Notes: generated from the sequence alone by a model not told the origin. A DNA stretch of 63,253 nt, filler included, from Octopus bimaculoides (GCF_001194135.2; 4 parts of 4 records of this genome joined end to end with filler, not necessarily neighbours in it), one strand, 5' to 3'. Counted from the whole stretch's first letter, positions 23,600-38,804 are shown. Made by a program: numbers and translations.

Positions 23600-24100
23600 N
23601 AGCCGTTGCGATGACATGTCCACCGATGCAACTGGTTTTTTTTTTTTTTATCTATCTCTTCCCACCCGTAAAGTTTTGCTTCATCTATGATTACAGACTT
23701 TATTTTGAAGCGATGGTTAACATAAGAAGAATAAAAAAATAAAAAAACGCAGGCCTCATGATGTGGTTGTTGTTTCATTTGTATGTGTGTAATATCGCTT
23801 GATATTATACTTGGTGGTACAGCGTGGGTTTTTGGCTGCTCTGCAGGGTAGCTAAATTGGCCGCCTCTTCCCTCTTCCTCAAATGTAACATACCTTCCTC
23901 TACAGCAAACGTAACGTACCTTCAAGCAGTGACGTAGCTAGTATGTATGTGCCGCTCGGGACAGCCCTGGGCCAATATAGTCTATACATACTTACACAGC
24001 AGACTCACAAGTGGCGTCGCTCCTCGCTACGCGACTACCTCCGGCTACATGTACATAAAGTGACTGCCCTTACAATCCACGCACCCTACACTTAGCTATT
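23600..24100 (-). promoter_or_regulatory. Possible promoter/first-exon region
   Basis: Unique CpG-rich sequence with CCAAT on both strands, tgacgt motifs and strong minus-strand donors (gaag|gtacgt, gaag|gtatgt, |gtaagt). Inference only. Confidence 0.25.
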
Positions 24101-24216
24101 ATTGCACAAGCTTTACTTGACATATTGCGAATATAATTCTTTCTGCTTTTGGGACAAGGCCACCAGTTTTGAGGGGAGGGGCCAAGTTGATTGCATGGAC
24201 TCCAGTACTCGACTTG

Positions 24217-24316
24217 NNNNNNNNNNNNNNNNNNNNNNNNNNNNNNNNNNNNNNNNNNNNTTAATTAATTAANNNNNNNNNNNNNNNNNNNNNNNNNNNN
24301 NNNNNNNNNNNNNNNN
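24217..24316. other. Artificial scaffold join: N44-TTAATTAATTAA-N44
   Basis: Exactly 100 bp; the 12-mer is palindromic and has stops in all six frames; identical blocks at 51379-51478 and 61745-61844. Confidence 0.95.
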
Positions 24317-24761
24317 ATATATATACATATATAGATAGATAGATAGATATACATATATATGTTCACATACGTCTCTGCATGCGTGTTTCTATGCGCCATT
24401 GGCGCCAAAAGTTACTATGACATGATTTTTATGAAAAGGATGAAATATCAAACCTGACCTCTGTGGAATTCGAACTGAGAGCCCTGATGCAATGAGAAGA
24501 GACATCAGTGACACAGTGTCACCGTTAGACAAGAATTAATATCGTAAAACCAACATATTTTGATAAACAGAATTGGGTCAAGTATTTTGTCCTTAATATA
24601 GAGAGATATGCTATGTAGCCCGTCTAATCACCGTAACGGTAGTCTATGTGTGTATGTGTATGTATGTGTGCATGTATGTGCGTAAGAATGTATGTATGCA
24701 TATATACGTTTATGTGTATGTCTGTAACCATGCCTAAATGTATATCTATTAATGTGTGTGT

Positions 24762-24842
<81 letters not shown>

Positions 24843-25411
24843 CACATATATATATAAATATATATGTATATATACATACACACATATATACATATATATA
24901 TGTATATATATATACGTATACATACACCTATGTTATATACATGGATATGAATATACACATACATAAACAGATGTATGTGAAATACATATACATGCCTGGG
25001 CATATACAAACACACTCATTTATAAGTGTAGATGCATTCATAGCCATATATACATACACATACATATATATATATATATAAACGCAACGCGCATGAACTG
25101 ACGCAGTACAATCTTAGTTATCTAAGTTGTGTGCGTGCGTGCGTGTTTCTATGTATGTAGGATGGTATGTAATCAAGAGGCACGGTGTCGACGTAGCCTC
25201 ATTCCTCTTTAATACATCTATCTCAACCAATCCAACTCGCAGCTTTAATGTCATTTCATATAATGAGCACTTTTAATTAATATTATCGTATTAATAAGGT
25301 TTGCGCGTGTGCGTGCGTGCGTATGTATCAGTGTGTGTGCTTGTCTGTGTATGTGTTCATATGTATCTTATTTCTTCTCTTTCTCTTCTCCCTCTCTCTC
25401 TATCTTACCAC

Positions 25412-25447
<36 letters not shown>

Positions 25448-25487
25448 GGTGCATGTATGTATATGAACATGTATATATATATACATA

Positions 25488-25521
<34 letters not shown>

Positions 25522-27039
25522 NNNNNNNNNNNNNNNNNNNNNNNNNNNNNNNNNNNNNNNNNNNNNNNNNNNNNNNNNNNNNNNNNNNNNNNNNNNNNNN
25601 NNNNNNNNNNNNNNNNNNNNNNNNNNNNNNNNNNNNNNNNNNNNNNNNNNNNNNNNNNNNNNNNNNNNNNNNNNNNNNNNNNNNNNNNNNNNNNNNNNNN
25701 NNNNNNNNNNNNNNNNNNNNNNNNNNNNNNNNNNNNNNNNNNNNNNNNNNNNNNNNNNNNNNNNNNNNNNNNNNNNNNNNNNNNNNNNNNNNNNNNNNNN
25801 NNNNNNNNNNNNNNNNNNNNNNNNNNNNNNNNNNNNNNNNNNNNNNNNNNNNNNNNNNNNNNNNNNNNNNNNNNNNNNNNNNNNNNNNNNNNNNNNNNNN
25901 NNNNNNNNNNNNNNNNNNNNNNNNNNNNNNNNNNNNNNNNNNNNNNNNNNNNATATATACGTAACAAATGATCGAGACGGAAAGTGGAACATACGAGAAA
26001 CTTTATTGCTCCCAACGATCGTTTCCTTAACAAGAATGGATACTTTTTCGTTTTTTTTTTCTTTTTTCAAACCCTTAATATCACGTGTATGTTTAATTTC
26101 TTCACAGCATCTTTAATATTTTCCATTGCTTGCAGAAAGTAATTCTTCCCAGAATTTTATCTGTTATCAACCGATTTAAAACTCTTTGAATGTTACGATG
26201 TGTCTTGGAAACGGAAACAATTCCCTGACCTATGGGCAACAAATAGGCTGTAGTAATGACCACTTCAGTAGATACTCATGTTTGGATTAAATCGATATTA
26301 GAAAGATAACCACACTAAATTCGGAGACGCCCTCCGTTGATTTTTGCGAGCTTTTTTTTTTCTTTTTTGATATATACGGTTTTATTTCAAACTAGCTTTG
26401 AGATTACTGGAGCGTAAGGGACCACAAAAAAGAAGGGGCCAACAAAATGGAAAGATATCAAGCTTAAAGGATTGAATATCATAAGCCAGAGGAAAACACG
26501 ACGATGGTTATGAGTTCCAGAATGCAACAGTTCGAGGATAGAAGCCATTAGCATTAAAAGATTTAAGACTAACAGGAAGCTCAACAGAAAAACGATTCAC
26601 TTAGAAAGAGATGTGGGTGAAACGTTTAAAAGTCTTGAAAAAGAAAAGAAAGCTACTCAAAGAGAAAGTTTATCAGAGTAATGGCCATAGAAATACTTAT
26701 AGGAAAAAACACAATGAAGATATATTTGGGTGATGAGCCAAAGACTCCGACCGAGTAGAAAGGAGGGTAGGCCACCATGTTCACAACTCGAATCTAAATT
26801 CGATCAACCGAGTTAAGACACTCATAAAAGGCACCAACCCAAAGATTATAAATAAATTTCAAGTCCCCGGGGATATTTGCACCAAACAGCATCGTAAGAC
26901 GATCTTCTCTGCTTTGGTGCCTTTGTTTCTTTCTTTGAGATAAAAGTCTTAAAGAGTAACCACTTCCCTTATAGGCCGTGCATAATAAGTCTGTATTAGA
27001 TAAACTATATTTAGTCGTTGTTTACCTCCTGCTATGTAA

Positions 27040-27070
<31 letters not shown>

Positions 27071-27079
27071 AGTAATAAT

Positions 27080-27116
<37 letters not shown>

Positions 27117-30100
27117 TTCAATTGTGCTGGGCCACTGTCAGTGGTGGATAGTAACGGGTAGAAGGGTAGAACGCAAGGAGACCTTCAAGATCTGTGCATT
27201 CAACGAGAGAAATGCACACACACAAACACACACACACAAATATATATACATAATATTTATCTATTATATATGATATATATATCTATTAGATATATGTATA
27301 TACATACATACATATATACATACATACATACATATAGACACATGCACCGGTTGTTTGGTAACGGAATTAATTATAATTACTATATAATTAACTCTAGAAT
27401 AGTGTTGAAGATGATGGTGGTGGTGGTGGTGGTGGTGGTGGTGGTGGTGACGATGACGATGACGATGATGATGACGATGATGAGGATGATAATGTATGTG
27501 CAGTGACGATGACGATTTTGACCAGGTGTGAAGGAATACTCGGACAGTGATTTGTTTTGGTGAAAAGCAGTCCCATCCACCCCACACCCAGCCCATAGCC
27601 TCAATAAATAAAATTCCGTTAATGCCATGGATTCTGTCTTAACGGCCAAATATTCTTTAAAGTCACTCCAGTCCTACTTGAACTAAAAATAAGTAAATAA
27701 AATGGTCTAAGGGGAAATAACTCAAAGAGACCAAACGACACGAAGACAAAGATATTTTTTAAGAGGCGATGTACTAACTGATGTGTATAAAAATAAATAT
27801 ATTAATTAATTGGCTAAAGAAAGAAAGCTAAAGCCTAACGGACATCTACTACCGGATGTATATCACTGAAACGCCTAAAACACAGCGAAACTACGTTTTC
27901 TGTCAGATTCGCACGGCCATCTGTCCACGATAGAAATACGAGTCCCAGGCTAAAGCCAATCTCAATACAGTGCTGGTCAACAGAAACTTCGTCTAAAGCT
28001 GCAGTCGTAAGAAAAAGAACGTGCCGTGGTCAATTATAGCAGAAATAAATATATCTGTCTACTATTACAGTGAAACTAGATATTCTGAAAGTAATCTCAG
28101 GAGTAACTCGCCGAGGATTCCATTACAAATACACCGAATGAACTGTGTCGTAACATTCCTAGTCGTCATGAATCTCAGAGCTAGCTTCATTAGTTTCGCA
28201 TTCAACGTTGAAAGGAAAAAATCGTACAACTGTCTGTGGGAGGATGTGTCTGGTGTGTTAGTTTGCAGATGACCCCCACTTAATATTAAGTGCGTTTATT
28301 ATGATAAATCTGTTTATGAAGTCTTTACTTATTTTTTGCTTAATATTACTTTTCAATTAAAAGGCGCGAACTGGTAGAATCGTTAGCACACCAAGCAAAA
28401 TGCTTATCAGCATTTCGTCTGCTCTGTGTTCGAATTCCACCGAGGTTGATTGTGACTCTCATCCCTTTCGGGGTCGATAAAATAAGTACCTTGCCTCTCC
28501 CCCGAAATTACTTGCCTTGTGTCAAAAATATGAAACCAAAATTATACTTCAATTATTTATCTACGATGTAAGACAGGGGATTACTACCTTAAGTTCAATG
28601 TGGCTGAATAGTTAAGGTCTTCACTTCGCAACCATAAAGCTTCGTGTTCGATCCCATTTCACGTAACATCTTGGAGGAAATGTTATTTTATACATTCCCA
28701 AGACAATCCGTATATTGTGAACGAAACCGGGTGGACAGTACCAGTAATTCATAAGGTAAAACCCTTGACATGCCACACTGTCATGTCGATCCTGCCTGAG
28801 GATTATGTTAAAGACACTTATGTCTGTGGAATACTCAGCCACTTAAATGTTAATTCAGGTAAATCATATGATCCTCATCACCGAACGACGGAGTAAAATT
28901 GGTAGAGCAGTATTTAGTTGTTGACTTTCCGTTTTAAGTTCAAATCTTGCAAAAGTTTTCTTTTCCTCTTTCGAGATCGATGAAAAAAATAAGAACTAGT
29001 AGTCGAGTAATGAGATCGATATAATCGATTGTTCCATACGAAAAATGTAGTATCACCTTTTAATGGATACTTCAGATCATTGACAAGTTAACCAGTTCAG
29101 TTCATTTATCTGATTTTGTCCCCAGCCATATGGTTCCTAGTCCAGTTCCAGTATGTAGCACCTTGACCAAATGTTTTCTACTCTAGCCTCGCGCCAACCA
29201 AAGCCTTATGAGTGCATTTAATAAACAGATGCGGAGAAGTTGAAGCAGAGAGATGGGATGAAAAAAAATCAGAAACGCTGATGTAGATCTTAAGTGTTAT
29301 CTTTTTCAATAAAATCTGGTCATCCAGCCGGTTGTGATAACAACTTTGTGTTGGTTGTACCTAATTTTAAATGTGTTTCTGGTTCAAGTGATTCAATTCC
29401 AGCGGTTGCTTTACTGACAAAGACACCTTGCTCGATGCAGACACTTGCCATTGATAGGACAGGATATGGTGCTGTTGCTGTACCATTGTAGGGAAGAGCT
29501 TACCTTGTTCTTTCATGTCTTGTTTTTATTCTTTCTTTCTATTTTAGAACTAACTTTCAGATCATTTTTCTGCAATATTTTATAGTATTTGTAGTGTGAG
29601 AAAATGCTTCCGTATAAATAATCGTTTCTGAGGTTGATACAAGGACAGCAATTTTGAGGAGAGGCTTTAAACAATATCATCGACTCCGGTACTTGACTGA
29701 TACTTTATTTCATCAAACCCGGAGATATGAAAGACAAAATTGACCTCGGTGAGATTTGATCCCAGAGTCTAAAGTGGCCCAAAAAATACATTTTCCGACG
29801 CTCTAACGATTGTGCGTTTCACCGCTTTGAATTTTTTTTTTTTTTTTTTTCAATTTGAGCACAAAACTAAAATATTTTTAGGGGAAAGCTGACCCATACC
29901 AGCGGCCCCAGTATTTGACAGTTTCTTTATTTTGCTGATTCCGTCCGTGGGGAAATGTAAAGCAAAATTGACGTCAGAGAGATTTGAATCCAGAAAGTAA
30001 AAAGTCACTGAAATTATACCGGAAAGGGTGGGGAATATTACCTTTCTTTTCCTGTTTTTTGCTGAGACTGTCACTTGTTATTTTGTATTCAAAGAAAATG

Positions 30101-30229
30101 CAGTGCATGGCAAAATCACACATAGAATCAGTTACGAACGGAAGTGCAGTTTCTACGAGATACAGCGCTATGGAGCCGATATACATACATACATACATAC
30201 ATACTCACACACACATATATATATGTATG

Positions 30230-30260
<31 letters not shown>

Positions 30261-30450
30261 NNNNNNNNNNNNNNNNNNNNNNNNNNNNNNNNNNNNNNNN
30301 NNNNNNNNNNNNNNNNNNNNNNNNNNNNNNNNNNNNNNNNNNNNNNNNNNNNNNNNNNNNNNNNNNNNNNNNNNNNNNNNNNNNNNNNNNNNNNNNNNNN
30401 NNNNNNNNNNNNNNNNNNNNNNNNNNNNNNNNNNNNNNNNNNNNNNNNNN

Positions 30451-31010
30451 GTGAGAAGTATCGTCACTTTTCTGCTTTTCTGCGCAATCGCGAAAATTTT
30501 CGCGCCGGTCGGCTGCGTCATTTCCTGGCTAGAGTACGGACATAGCGAACGCGCTTGTCATATTTTCGTTCTCACACAAGATGACCGAATGCATCGAGCA
30601 GAGACCATTAACCCTGTGTCTCATCACTGGTGATGATGGTCTTCGTGAAGATTGGATCGTCGCTTCGCACCATCCAGCATATCTTGAGCGATTTCCATGC
30701 GGAGTTGCTTCTTCACCAGCACCTTGGGGACGAACTTCGCCGATACTGTCAGCGTACACAAATCATCCGTAAAAATAGATTGCATCCCATTTCATGAGCA
30801 ATTTCTTGCATTGTTAAACGAGGGTCTTCCATAACTATTCGCTGAACCTTCTCAATCGGATCCTCGTTTCGGCTTGTGGATGGCCTGCATAAGCGTGCCT
30901 CGCTCTTCGTTGAGGTGAAGCCATGTTTGAAGCTTTGATCTGAGTTTTGCCCATAGCATCATCGCCAGGGGTCTGCTGATTCTTTTGGATGTATATATGT
31001 GCGTGGGTGT
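30451..31010 (-). mobile_element. Degenerate mariner transposase N-terminal/central fragment
   Basis: The minus strand reads FKHGFTSTKSEARLCRPSTSRNEDPIEKVQRIVMEDPRLTMQEIAHEMG and, after frameshifts, SAKFVPKVL...TIITSDET-like segments. Confidence 0.8.
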
Positions 31011-31664
31011 AATATATGATATATTATATACGACAGAAAGAGGAAGTATATTCACATTATACACACACACAGACGTTACTAACATATGTATACACGAAGA
31101 TAGATAAACCGACTGACAGGTAGACCCGTAGCCATCTTTAATAGACTCAACTCTTATCCGTTGTTTTTACGTAGAATGAGAAAGGTGTGGCCTTCATCGA
31201 ATTTCGAAACTTATTCTGTGACGCCGACTCTGAGAGTGTGGTACCACAGACTTTGGTAGACAAGCAACCCCTTAATAACTGCATATCTTCTTAATAGACA
31301 ATATGTCTCCTTAATAGCTTGTATGTAACACTGGTAAGTTGAATGTCAGTGCATGCTTGATGTGTGTGTTACATGATACTACTGACTACATGCATGGAGT
31401 GGCGGCGGCGGCGGCGGCGGCGATGGAGATGGTGGAGGAGGAGGTGGTAGTGGTGGTAGTGGTGGTTGATGGTGGTGGTGGTAGTGGTGGTGGTAACGGG
31501 TGGGCGGATACGTAGACATGTATGAGTTGCGAGTATGATGTGAGTGTGCATCGGGTGTATACATGTTTATGCGCATATGTAGGGGCATTTTATACACATT
31601 ATATATGTGTGCTTACACATGTATGATATATACATACATATATATATATGTGGATATATATATC

Positions 31665-31720
<56 letters not shown>

Positions 31721-32037
31721 CACACAAACACACAAACATATATATGTATATGTGCATATATATATATATATATACACACATATAGAGGCAGACAGACAGA
31801 CAAACTGAGAGATAGTTGAATAGATTCATGCGTCTGAGTATACACACTCATTTAAAAATTGACCTGTTTCTTGATAGAAAACAATCCTAGATACGTATGT
31901 GTGTATATATGTATGTATATGTATTCGTATGTCTATATATGGTTTATACTTAAACATACGTGTACATATATGGAGGCATTTCAAATTTAAGTTTGCACAG
32001 CTGTTATATATACACATAAGTGCATGTATATATATGC

Positions 32038-32099
<62 letters not shown>

Positions 32100-32423
32100 C
32101 TGTGTGTGTGTGTGTGTAACTAGTTGGACTTGCAGTATATGTCTATATTAGTATGTCGATTAAAGCAAATCCACCGTCCGTTTGCCTGAACCAGTGTAGA
32201 ACTCGCCAGAAGAACAAACCAAGTAGAACTCAGTATATACGGAGTGGGATGTATTTTTCTACGCCAATCACCTGAAGTGAAACAGCCTGCACTGACTGAT
32301 GCAACACAACTAGATGCACAATATCCCAGCCCTAAGGAACAGCCTCAAGATGGGTTGAAACGATCGATCGTCGTGCTGAATAAAGATTCGCACTAAATCC
32401 ATCTTCCGTTTCCTTTATGAGTT

Positions 32424-32464
<41 letters not shown>

Positions 32465-32470
<6 letters not shown>

Positions 32471-32650
32471 TGTTGCATGACTCGTTTCTCTGGGGTTTTT
32501 TTGGGGGGTTTTTTTTTCGTTGTTCGAAAAAAGTTCGTTTTCTATGTTTTTGTTTTTATGCTCTCGTTTCTCGTTGTGTCTACATTTTTTTTTGATGTCC
32601 TGTACCCATATATGCATATATACATATATTTATATATCATTTATATTATA
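32465..32650. repeat. Interspersed repeat, inverted homolog of 59600-59770; class uncertain (possibly Penelope-related)
   Basis: Shared string tatatgggtacaggacat..gagaaacg..cataaaaacaaaaacatagaaaac..gagaaacgag..atgcaacata on opposite strands. Confidence 0.6.
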
Positions 32651-33534
32651 TATATATATGTAAATGGAACGAAAACGCAATAGAAGGCATTAAAACGTTC
32701 GGACAGATAGACGACACAAAGGCAGACAAGAGAAACAACAGTTAGAAGGACAGCCAAAAAAGACGGGTCATTCTTGGCTTTCTGTCTTCAGTCAAGTACC
32801 AGAAGTCACGACCATTTCGAGCAGTTACACTTGCTACTCAGTGAGACCGAACACACGACCACGCAGATTGGATGCGAAGCGAGATTGTTAACCATTCGGC
32901 CACATATAAATATTATAGTAACTAACTTACTTCATCGAAGTATTTGTAAATAAGTTAATGGCGCCAGGAAATGAGATTAATTGATAATTTATAGATAAAT
33001 ATAGAGATTTGATGAATGATTCATATAGAAGCAGGGTGAGTGTAGGTCGGCTATGGGCTTGTGCCCTGATAGCACAGAAACAATGGGACGGGGAACGGTG
33101 AGGTGTAGTATCTAATAAGAAAATAAAAGTATATCGTACAGAGGTCAGATATGTTTGTTTATGTAGTGTGTGTGTGTATGTATGTGTAGTGTGCGCGTGC
33201 GTGCGTGTGTGTGTGATTATGCGGTCTGTATATATATATATATGTATGTGTTTGTATATAAGACCCTTATATATGTGCCTGTGTGTAAGTGTATATATGT
33301 GTGCGGTCTGTTTGTGTATGTTTGTACGCAAGTTGTTTATTAATGAGTGTGTGCGCGCGTGTATATGTGTGTGTGTAGTACGTTTGTATTTGTAAATATA
33401 TATAGTGTGTGCTTGAGTATGTGTGTGTGTTCGAGTGTTTACCCTTGTTACTTGTTCGTGTGTATATATGTTTGTATGTATATATATGTATGTGGTATGT
33501 GTACCAGTATGTGTGTATGTGGCATAGAATATAA

Positions 33535-33823
33535 GTTGCTATATAAGCGGCCATGCTGGAGCAATGCTTTCAAGGGTTTTTAACAAAAAAAAATCGGCCC
33601 CAAACCTTTTTTTTTTGAGCCTGCTATTCATTTTATTGTTCTCTTTTGCCGAATCGCTAGCCTACGAGGACGCAAACATACCAACACCGGTCGCCAAACA
33701 TCGATAGGTGTCAGATACAAAGACGCACATACACATACATACATACACACACATACATATACACACACACTCATACGTACATACACACACATACATACAT
33801 ACATAAATAGATACATACATACA

Positions 33824-33856
<33 letters not shown>

Positions 33857-34039
33857 TATTCCCTCTCTATTTATTTTCTCTTATTCCTTTCTGTTGAAGA
33901 CTTTCTCACTTTCCCGGGCTTCTTTCTGTTTCCGTTTGCCAAATCCATTCACAAGACTTTGGTTGGCCCGAGGCTATAGTAGAAGACACTTGCCCAAAGT
34001 GCCATGAAATGGGACTGAACCCGGAACCATGTGGTTGGG
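33535..34039 (-). mobile_element. Family-A SINE
   Basis: Reverse complement of the 3497-3920 element with an internal (TACA)n tract. Confidence 0.85.
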
Positions 34040-35133
34040 NNNNNNNNNNNNNNNNNNNNNNNNNNNNNNNNNNNNNNNNNNNNNNNNNNNNNNNNNNNNN
34101 NNNNNNNNNNNNNNNNNNNNNNNNNNNNNNNNNNNNNNNNNNNNNNNNNNNNNNNNNNNNNNNNNNNNNNNNNNNNNNNNNNNNNNNNNNNNNNNNNNNN
34201 NNNNNNNNNNNNNNNNNNNNNNNNNNNNNNNNNNNNNNNNNNNNNNNNNNNNNNNNNNNNNNNNNNNNNNNNNNNNNNNNNNNNNNNNNNNNNNNNNNNN
34301 NNNNNNNNNNNNNNNNNNNNNNNNNNNNNNATATATATATATATATATAAATTTTTCTATATATCAATATTATCTTGGTTGAAAAAACTTCGATAATGTA
34401 AATATGTTAATAATAGTTACTAGGGTAGCAAAAATCATACAAAAACTGGGATATCATACCCGGTTAATGGGTAGAAATACCGTGTTAAAGTGATGTATTT
34501 TGAGTAGATATGAAGAATAATAATAAATGGAGCAAAACGCGTATGATCAGTAAGTTCCTTTAATTCCTACATATGTTTCAAAATCTATGTGCACCCTACT
34601 CCAAAGAAGTAAGAGGTGCTGGAATTGCACATACATTCATCGTCAGGGAACCAACTTACAAAAGCAAGACATGCGCTAAGAGCATTACAGCTAAATAAGA
34701 TTTATTTACGTGAAAGAAAATACCGGAGACATAACACGTGTTGTTTACAAATATTAACAACACGTGATATTTTCAAGATGTTGACGACAAAATGTGAAAC
34801 CACGCACAAAATGACAGCTTCCAAATACTGTTTCCTGATTGGGTGAAAATTCTCAAAATTTAAACCTCTATAACATTTTTAAAAGACATATTTCTGGAAA
34901 AAATGAAATAACTCCAGTAATTCAATTTGGGCAAATGTATTATTGCGCCAAATTTTAAAATTCTTGGTAAACTTTAATTTTTGGAAATTCTGGCAGCCAA
35001 ACCGAAAAGATCCCAAGGCTATAGTGGAAGACATTTGCTCAAGCTGCCACGCAATGGGACAGAGCCTGAAATCATGTGGTTGGGAAGCAAGCTTCTTACC
35101 ACACAGCCACGCCTGTGACTATATATATGTGTG

Positions 35134-35174
<41 letters not shown>

Positions 35175-35766
35175 TTTACAGGTTCGTTAAGGTAAGATCA
35201 ACAGAACAGTACCTCATCAAGTGAGAAATAAATATCATTTAATGTACACAATAAAAATTTAAGACCTAATAATAGTTTCTTGCGATGGAGACACGTTTTG
35301 TTTGTTTGAGTAGACTCTTGAAGGTGGTGCCCCAGCATGGCCGTAGTCCAATAACTAAAAACAAGAGAAACAAGATATACAAAAAAAGGATCGGGATACT
35401 CATTACTGGAGCTCCTTTTGGCCATAGATCCATTCGATAGGATTGACCTAGGGTTAAATATCAACAACAACAGCAACAATGACAATTAACATTTCGACCG
35501 AGCAATGTTATCCCCACAACTCATCACTCCGCAACCTCCTACTCCTACCCCCCGCCAACGCCTACCACTACTACTACTACTACTACTACAAAATCACATC
35601 CTGCTGCTCCATGCCATCATCAGAGTGTCTAGCTTCAAAATTAGAAGTTGGTTACAAGAAATGAAAACGAGGTCAATTTATTGAGTAAAGAAAAAAAACG
35701 AAAATAAAACAAAATGATATAATGAAAATAAAGACAAAATTGGAATTTTTGTTAGTTTTCGGTATT

Positions 35767-35807
<41 letters not shown>

Positions 35808-36033
35808 TTGAAGTCGGAAGAAGAAGAAAAAAAGTGTCCAAGAAGACATTTGTTCCACGTGTCCATTAAGTTGCTAAACTTGTCAAATATTGCTTTTAGC
35901 TCGGGTGATTTATGATATTCACATAAGCTGCAGTTTGAAACCAGATAGTCAATAGTGATGAAGTGGTGGGGGAGCGAGCTGGAAGAGGATGAATGTTTGT
36001 GGAAGAGATGAGAGAGCATCTGTTCTAGGGCTT

Positions 36034-36073
<40 letters not shown>

Positions 36074-36518
36074 ACACACACACATATACCCACACATATA
36101 CACACATATATATATGTACGTATATGTATATATATATATGTATGTATGTGTATATATATATAAATGATACATATCTACACATACATATATATGCATATAT
36201 ACACACCCATGTATATATGCATATACATGCACACACGTATATATATATATGTACGTGTGCACATGTATATATATACATATGCATACTGCATACGCTCATA
36301 CACATATATATATACATTCATACATACATGCATACATACGTATATATATATACGCGCACACACATACATATGTACATACACATCTATACACACATATGTA
36401 CGTACATATATGAGGGTGAGTGTGCATACATACATATATATATATATATACATATATACATGCATGCACACATATATACATACATACATACATACTTACA
36501 TACATAGACACACACAAA

Positions 36519-36570
<52 letters not shown>

Positions 36571-36629
36571 AAAACTCTCAGACACGTGCAACCGTACATA
36601 CTTAGTCATACAGACACGCATCACCCACC

Positions 36630-36661
<32 letters not shown>

Positions 36662-38804
36662 CAACAACTTTCGCATCAAACAATATGGTAGCGAGATTAT
36701 TCCTTGTACGTTTAGCTCATGTGACAAACGTTCAACTTGTTGTTGATTATATAAATAAAACAAACTTTGAGTTTTGCCAAAACACAGACAAGGGAGCTAA
36801 TTTCACAATGTTATTGTCGATGTTGATATTATAACTACCACGCTGGAGCTATTGTTGTTGTTATTGTCGCTGGTGGCGGTTGTAGTGACAATGCTTGTGT
36901 TTATAGCAGTAATATTAGTATTAGCAGTAGTGGTGGTAATAATGGCGGTGAGTTGAGTTTCTTTCACGTCTTTAGCTTCATTCTTGAATAGAAAAAAAAA
37001 GAAACAGAAAGAAAGAAACTTTGAAACAATGTTTGGAAGCGAGGCGTTTGTTGTGAGGTTTGTGTAAGCAAGTATGACAAGTTTGTCGACATCAAAGTGA
37101 AAGCTTGCTTGCCTTTGAAACTATCTTATCTTTCAGTTAAAATAGGAAACCATGTTTGCTTGGTATATATATATATATATNNNNNNNNNNNNNNNNNNNN
37201 NNNNNNNNNNNNNNNNNNNNNNNNNNNNNNNNNNNNNNNNNNNNNNNNNNNNNNNNNNNNNNNNNNNNNNNNNNNNNNNNNNNNNNNNNNNNNNNNNNNN
37301 NNNNNNNNNNNNNNNNNNNNNNNNNNNNNNNNNNNNNNNNNNNNNNNNNNNNNNNNNNNNNNNNNNNNNNNNNNNNNNNNNNNNNNNNNNNNNNNNNNNN
37401 NNNNNNNNNNNNNNNNNNNNNNNNNNNNNNNNNNNNNNNNNNNNNNNNNNNNNNNNNNNNNNNNNNNNNNNNNNNNNNNNNNNNNNNNNNNNNNNNNNNN
37501 NNNNNNNNNNNNNNNNNNNNNNNNNNNNNNNNNNNNNNNNNNNNNNNNNNNNNNNNNNNNNNNNNNNNNNNNNNNNNNNNNNNNNNNNNNNNNNNNNNNN
37601 NNNNNNNNNNNNNNNNNNNNNNNNNNNNNNNNNNNNNNNNNNNNNNNNNNNNNNNNNNNNNNNNNNNNNNNNNNNNNNNNNNNNNNNNNNNNNNNNNNNN
37701 NNNNNNNNNNNNNNNNNNNNNNNNNNNNNNNNNNNNNNNNNNNNNNNNNNNNNNNNNNNNNNNNNNNNNNNNNNNNNNNNNNNNNNNNNNNNNNNNNNNN
37801 NNNNNNNNNNNNNNNNNNNNNNNNNNNNNNNNNNNNNNNNNNNNNNNNNNNNNNNNNNNNNNNNNNNNNNNNNNNNNNNNNNNNNNNNNNNNNNNNNNNN
37901 NNNNNNNNNNNNNNNNNNNNNNNNNNNNNNNNNNNNNNNNNNNNNNNNNNNNNNNNNNNNNNNNNNNNNNNNNNNNNNNNNNNNNNNNNNNNNNNNNNNN
38001 NNNNNNNNNNNNNNNNNNNNNNNNNNNNNNNNNNNNNNNNNNNNNNNNNNNNNNNNNNNNNNNNNNNNNNTATACATATATATATATATATATAATGTAT
38101 GTATATATAGTTTACTCATCGTTCTGCCAGTTTTATTTTTACTTTTATCCTAAGCTGAGCGAAAGCTGATTTTTGTTTGTTTTTAATTTACAATTTTACT
38201 GACATTTAAGATAAACGTGTTTTGATATGTTGTGTTTATAGGGGAATTATGATAATAATGGAAGTTCCAGGTATGAGCTGTTGCGACTGGCGACAACCAT
38301 CAGAGATTCCAGCTCCGTTCTGTGTATTTTCACTTTGGAGAACAGCAGACGTTAGTCTCTCACATTAAATATGACTGACATGTGTTCGTCTCTTGATTGA
38401 TGACAGACAGACGTACTGACAAGCAAACAACCAAACATAGACAAACAAACAAATAGACAGGCAGACAGACAGACAGATAAATATATAGACAGACCGACAG
38501 ACAAACAAACTGACAGACAGATAGACTGATAGGCAGACAGATAGATAGACTCACACATACATATATCCTTTGGTTTACAGGAAGCGTTTTGAATAGGTAT
38601 ATAAAGGCTGTTATCCAGCTACAGCCTAATGATATCAAATGGCGATACCAGTTTTTTGCGGGGTTACCCCGAGCTGGGCTGATATAATCTAGGATAAATA
38701 TAGTAATAACAATAATAATGCTTGGAGTGTTACTATAGTTTGATATGTACCATCCATTTTCTATTATAGTTTGATATCTACTATTAATTTTCTGCTATAG
38801 GTAC

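Noticed and set aside
24261-24272. TTAATTAATTAA as a homeodomain site or PacI-like biological palindrome
   Set aside because: It occurs three times centred in identical N44 flanks, so it is an assembly linker.
26770-26797. Perfect Kozak gccaccATG as a spondin start
   Set aside because: The frame closes after six codons (MFTTRI-stop).
29294-29491. ORF, and an antisense CPINGKCL motif reminiscent of Penelope GIY-YIG linkers
   Set aside because: Only a short motif with no GIY/YIG residues or other support.
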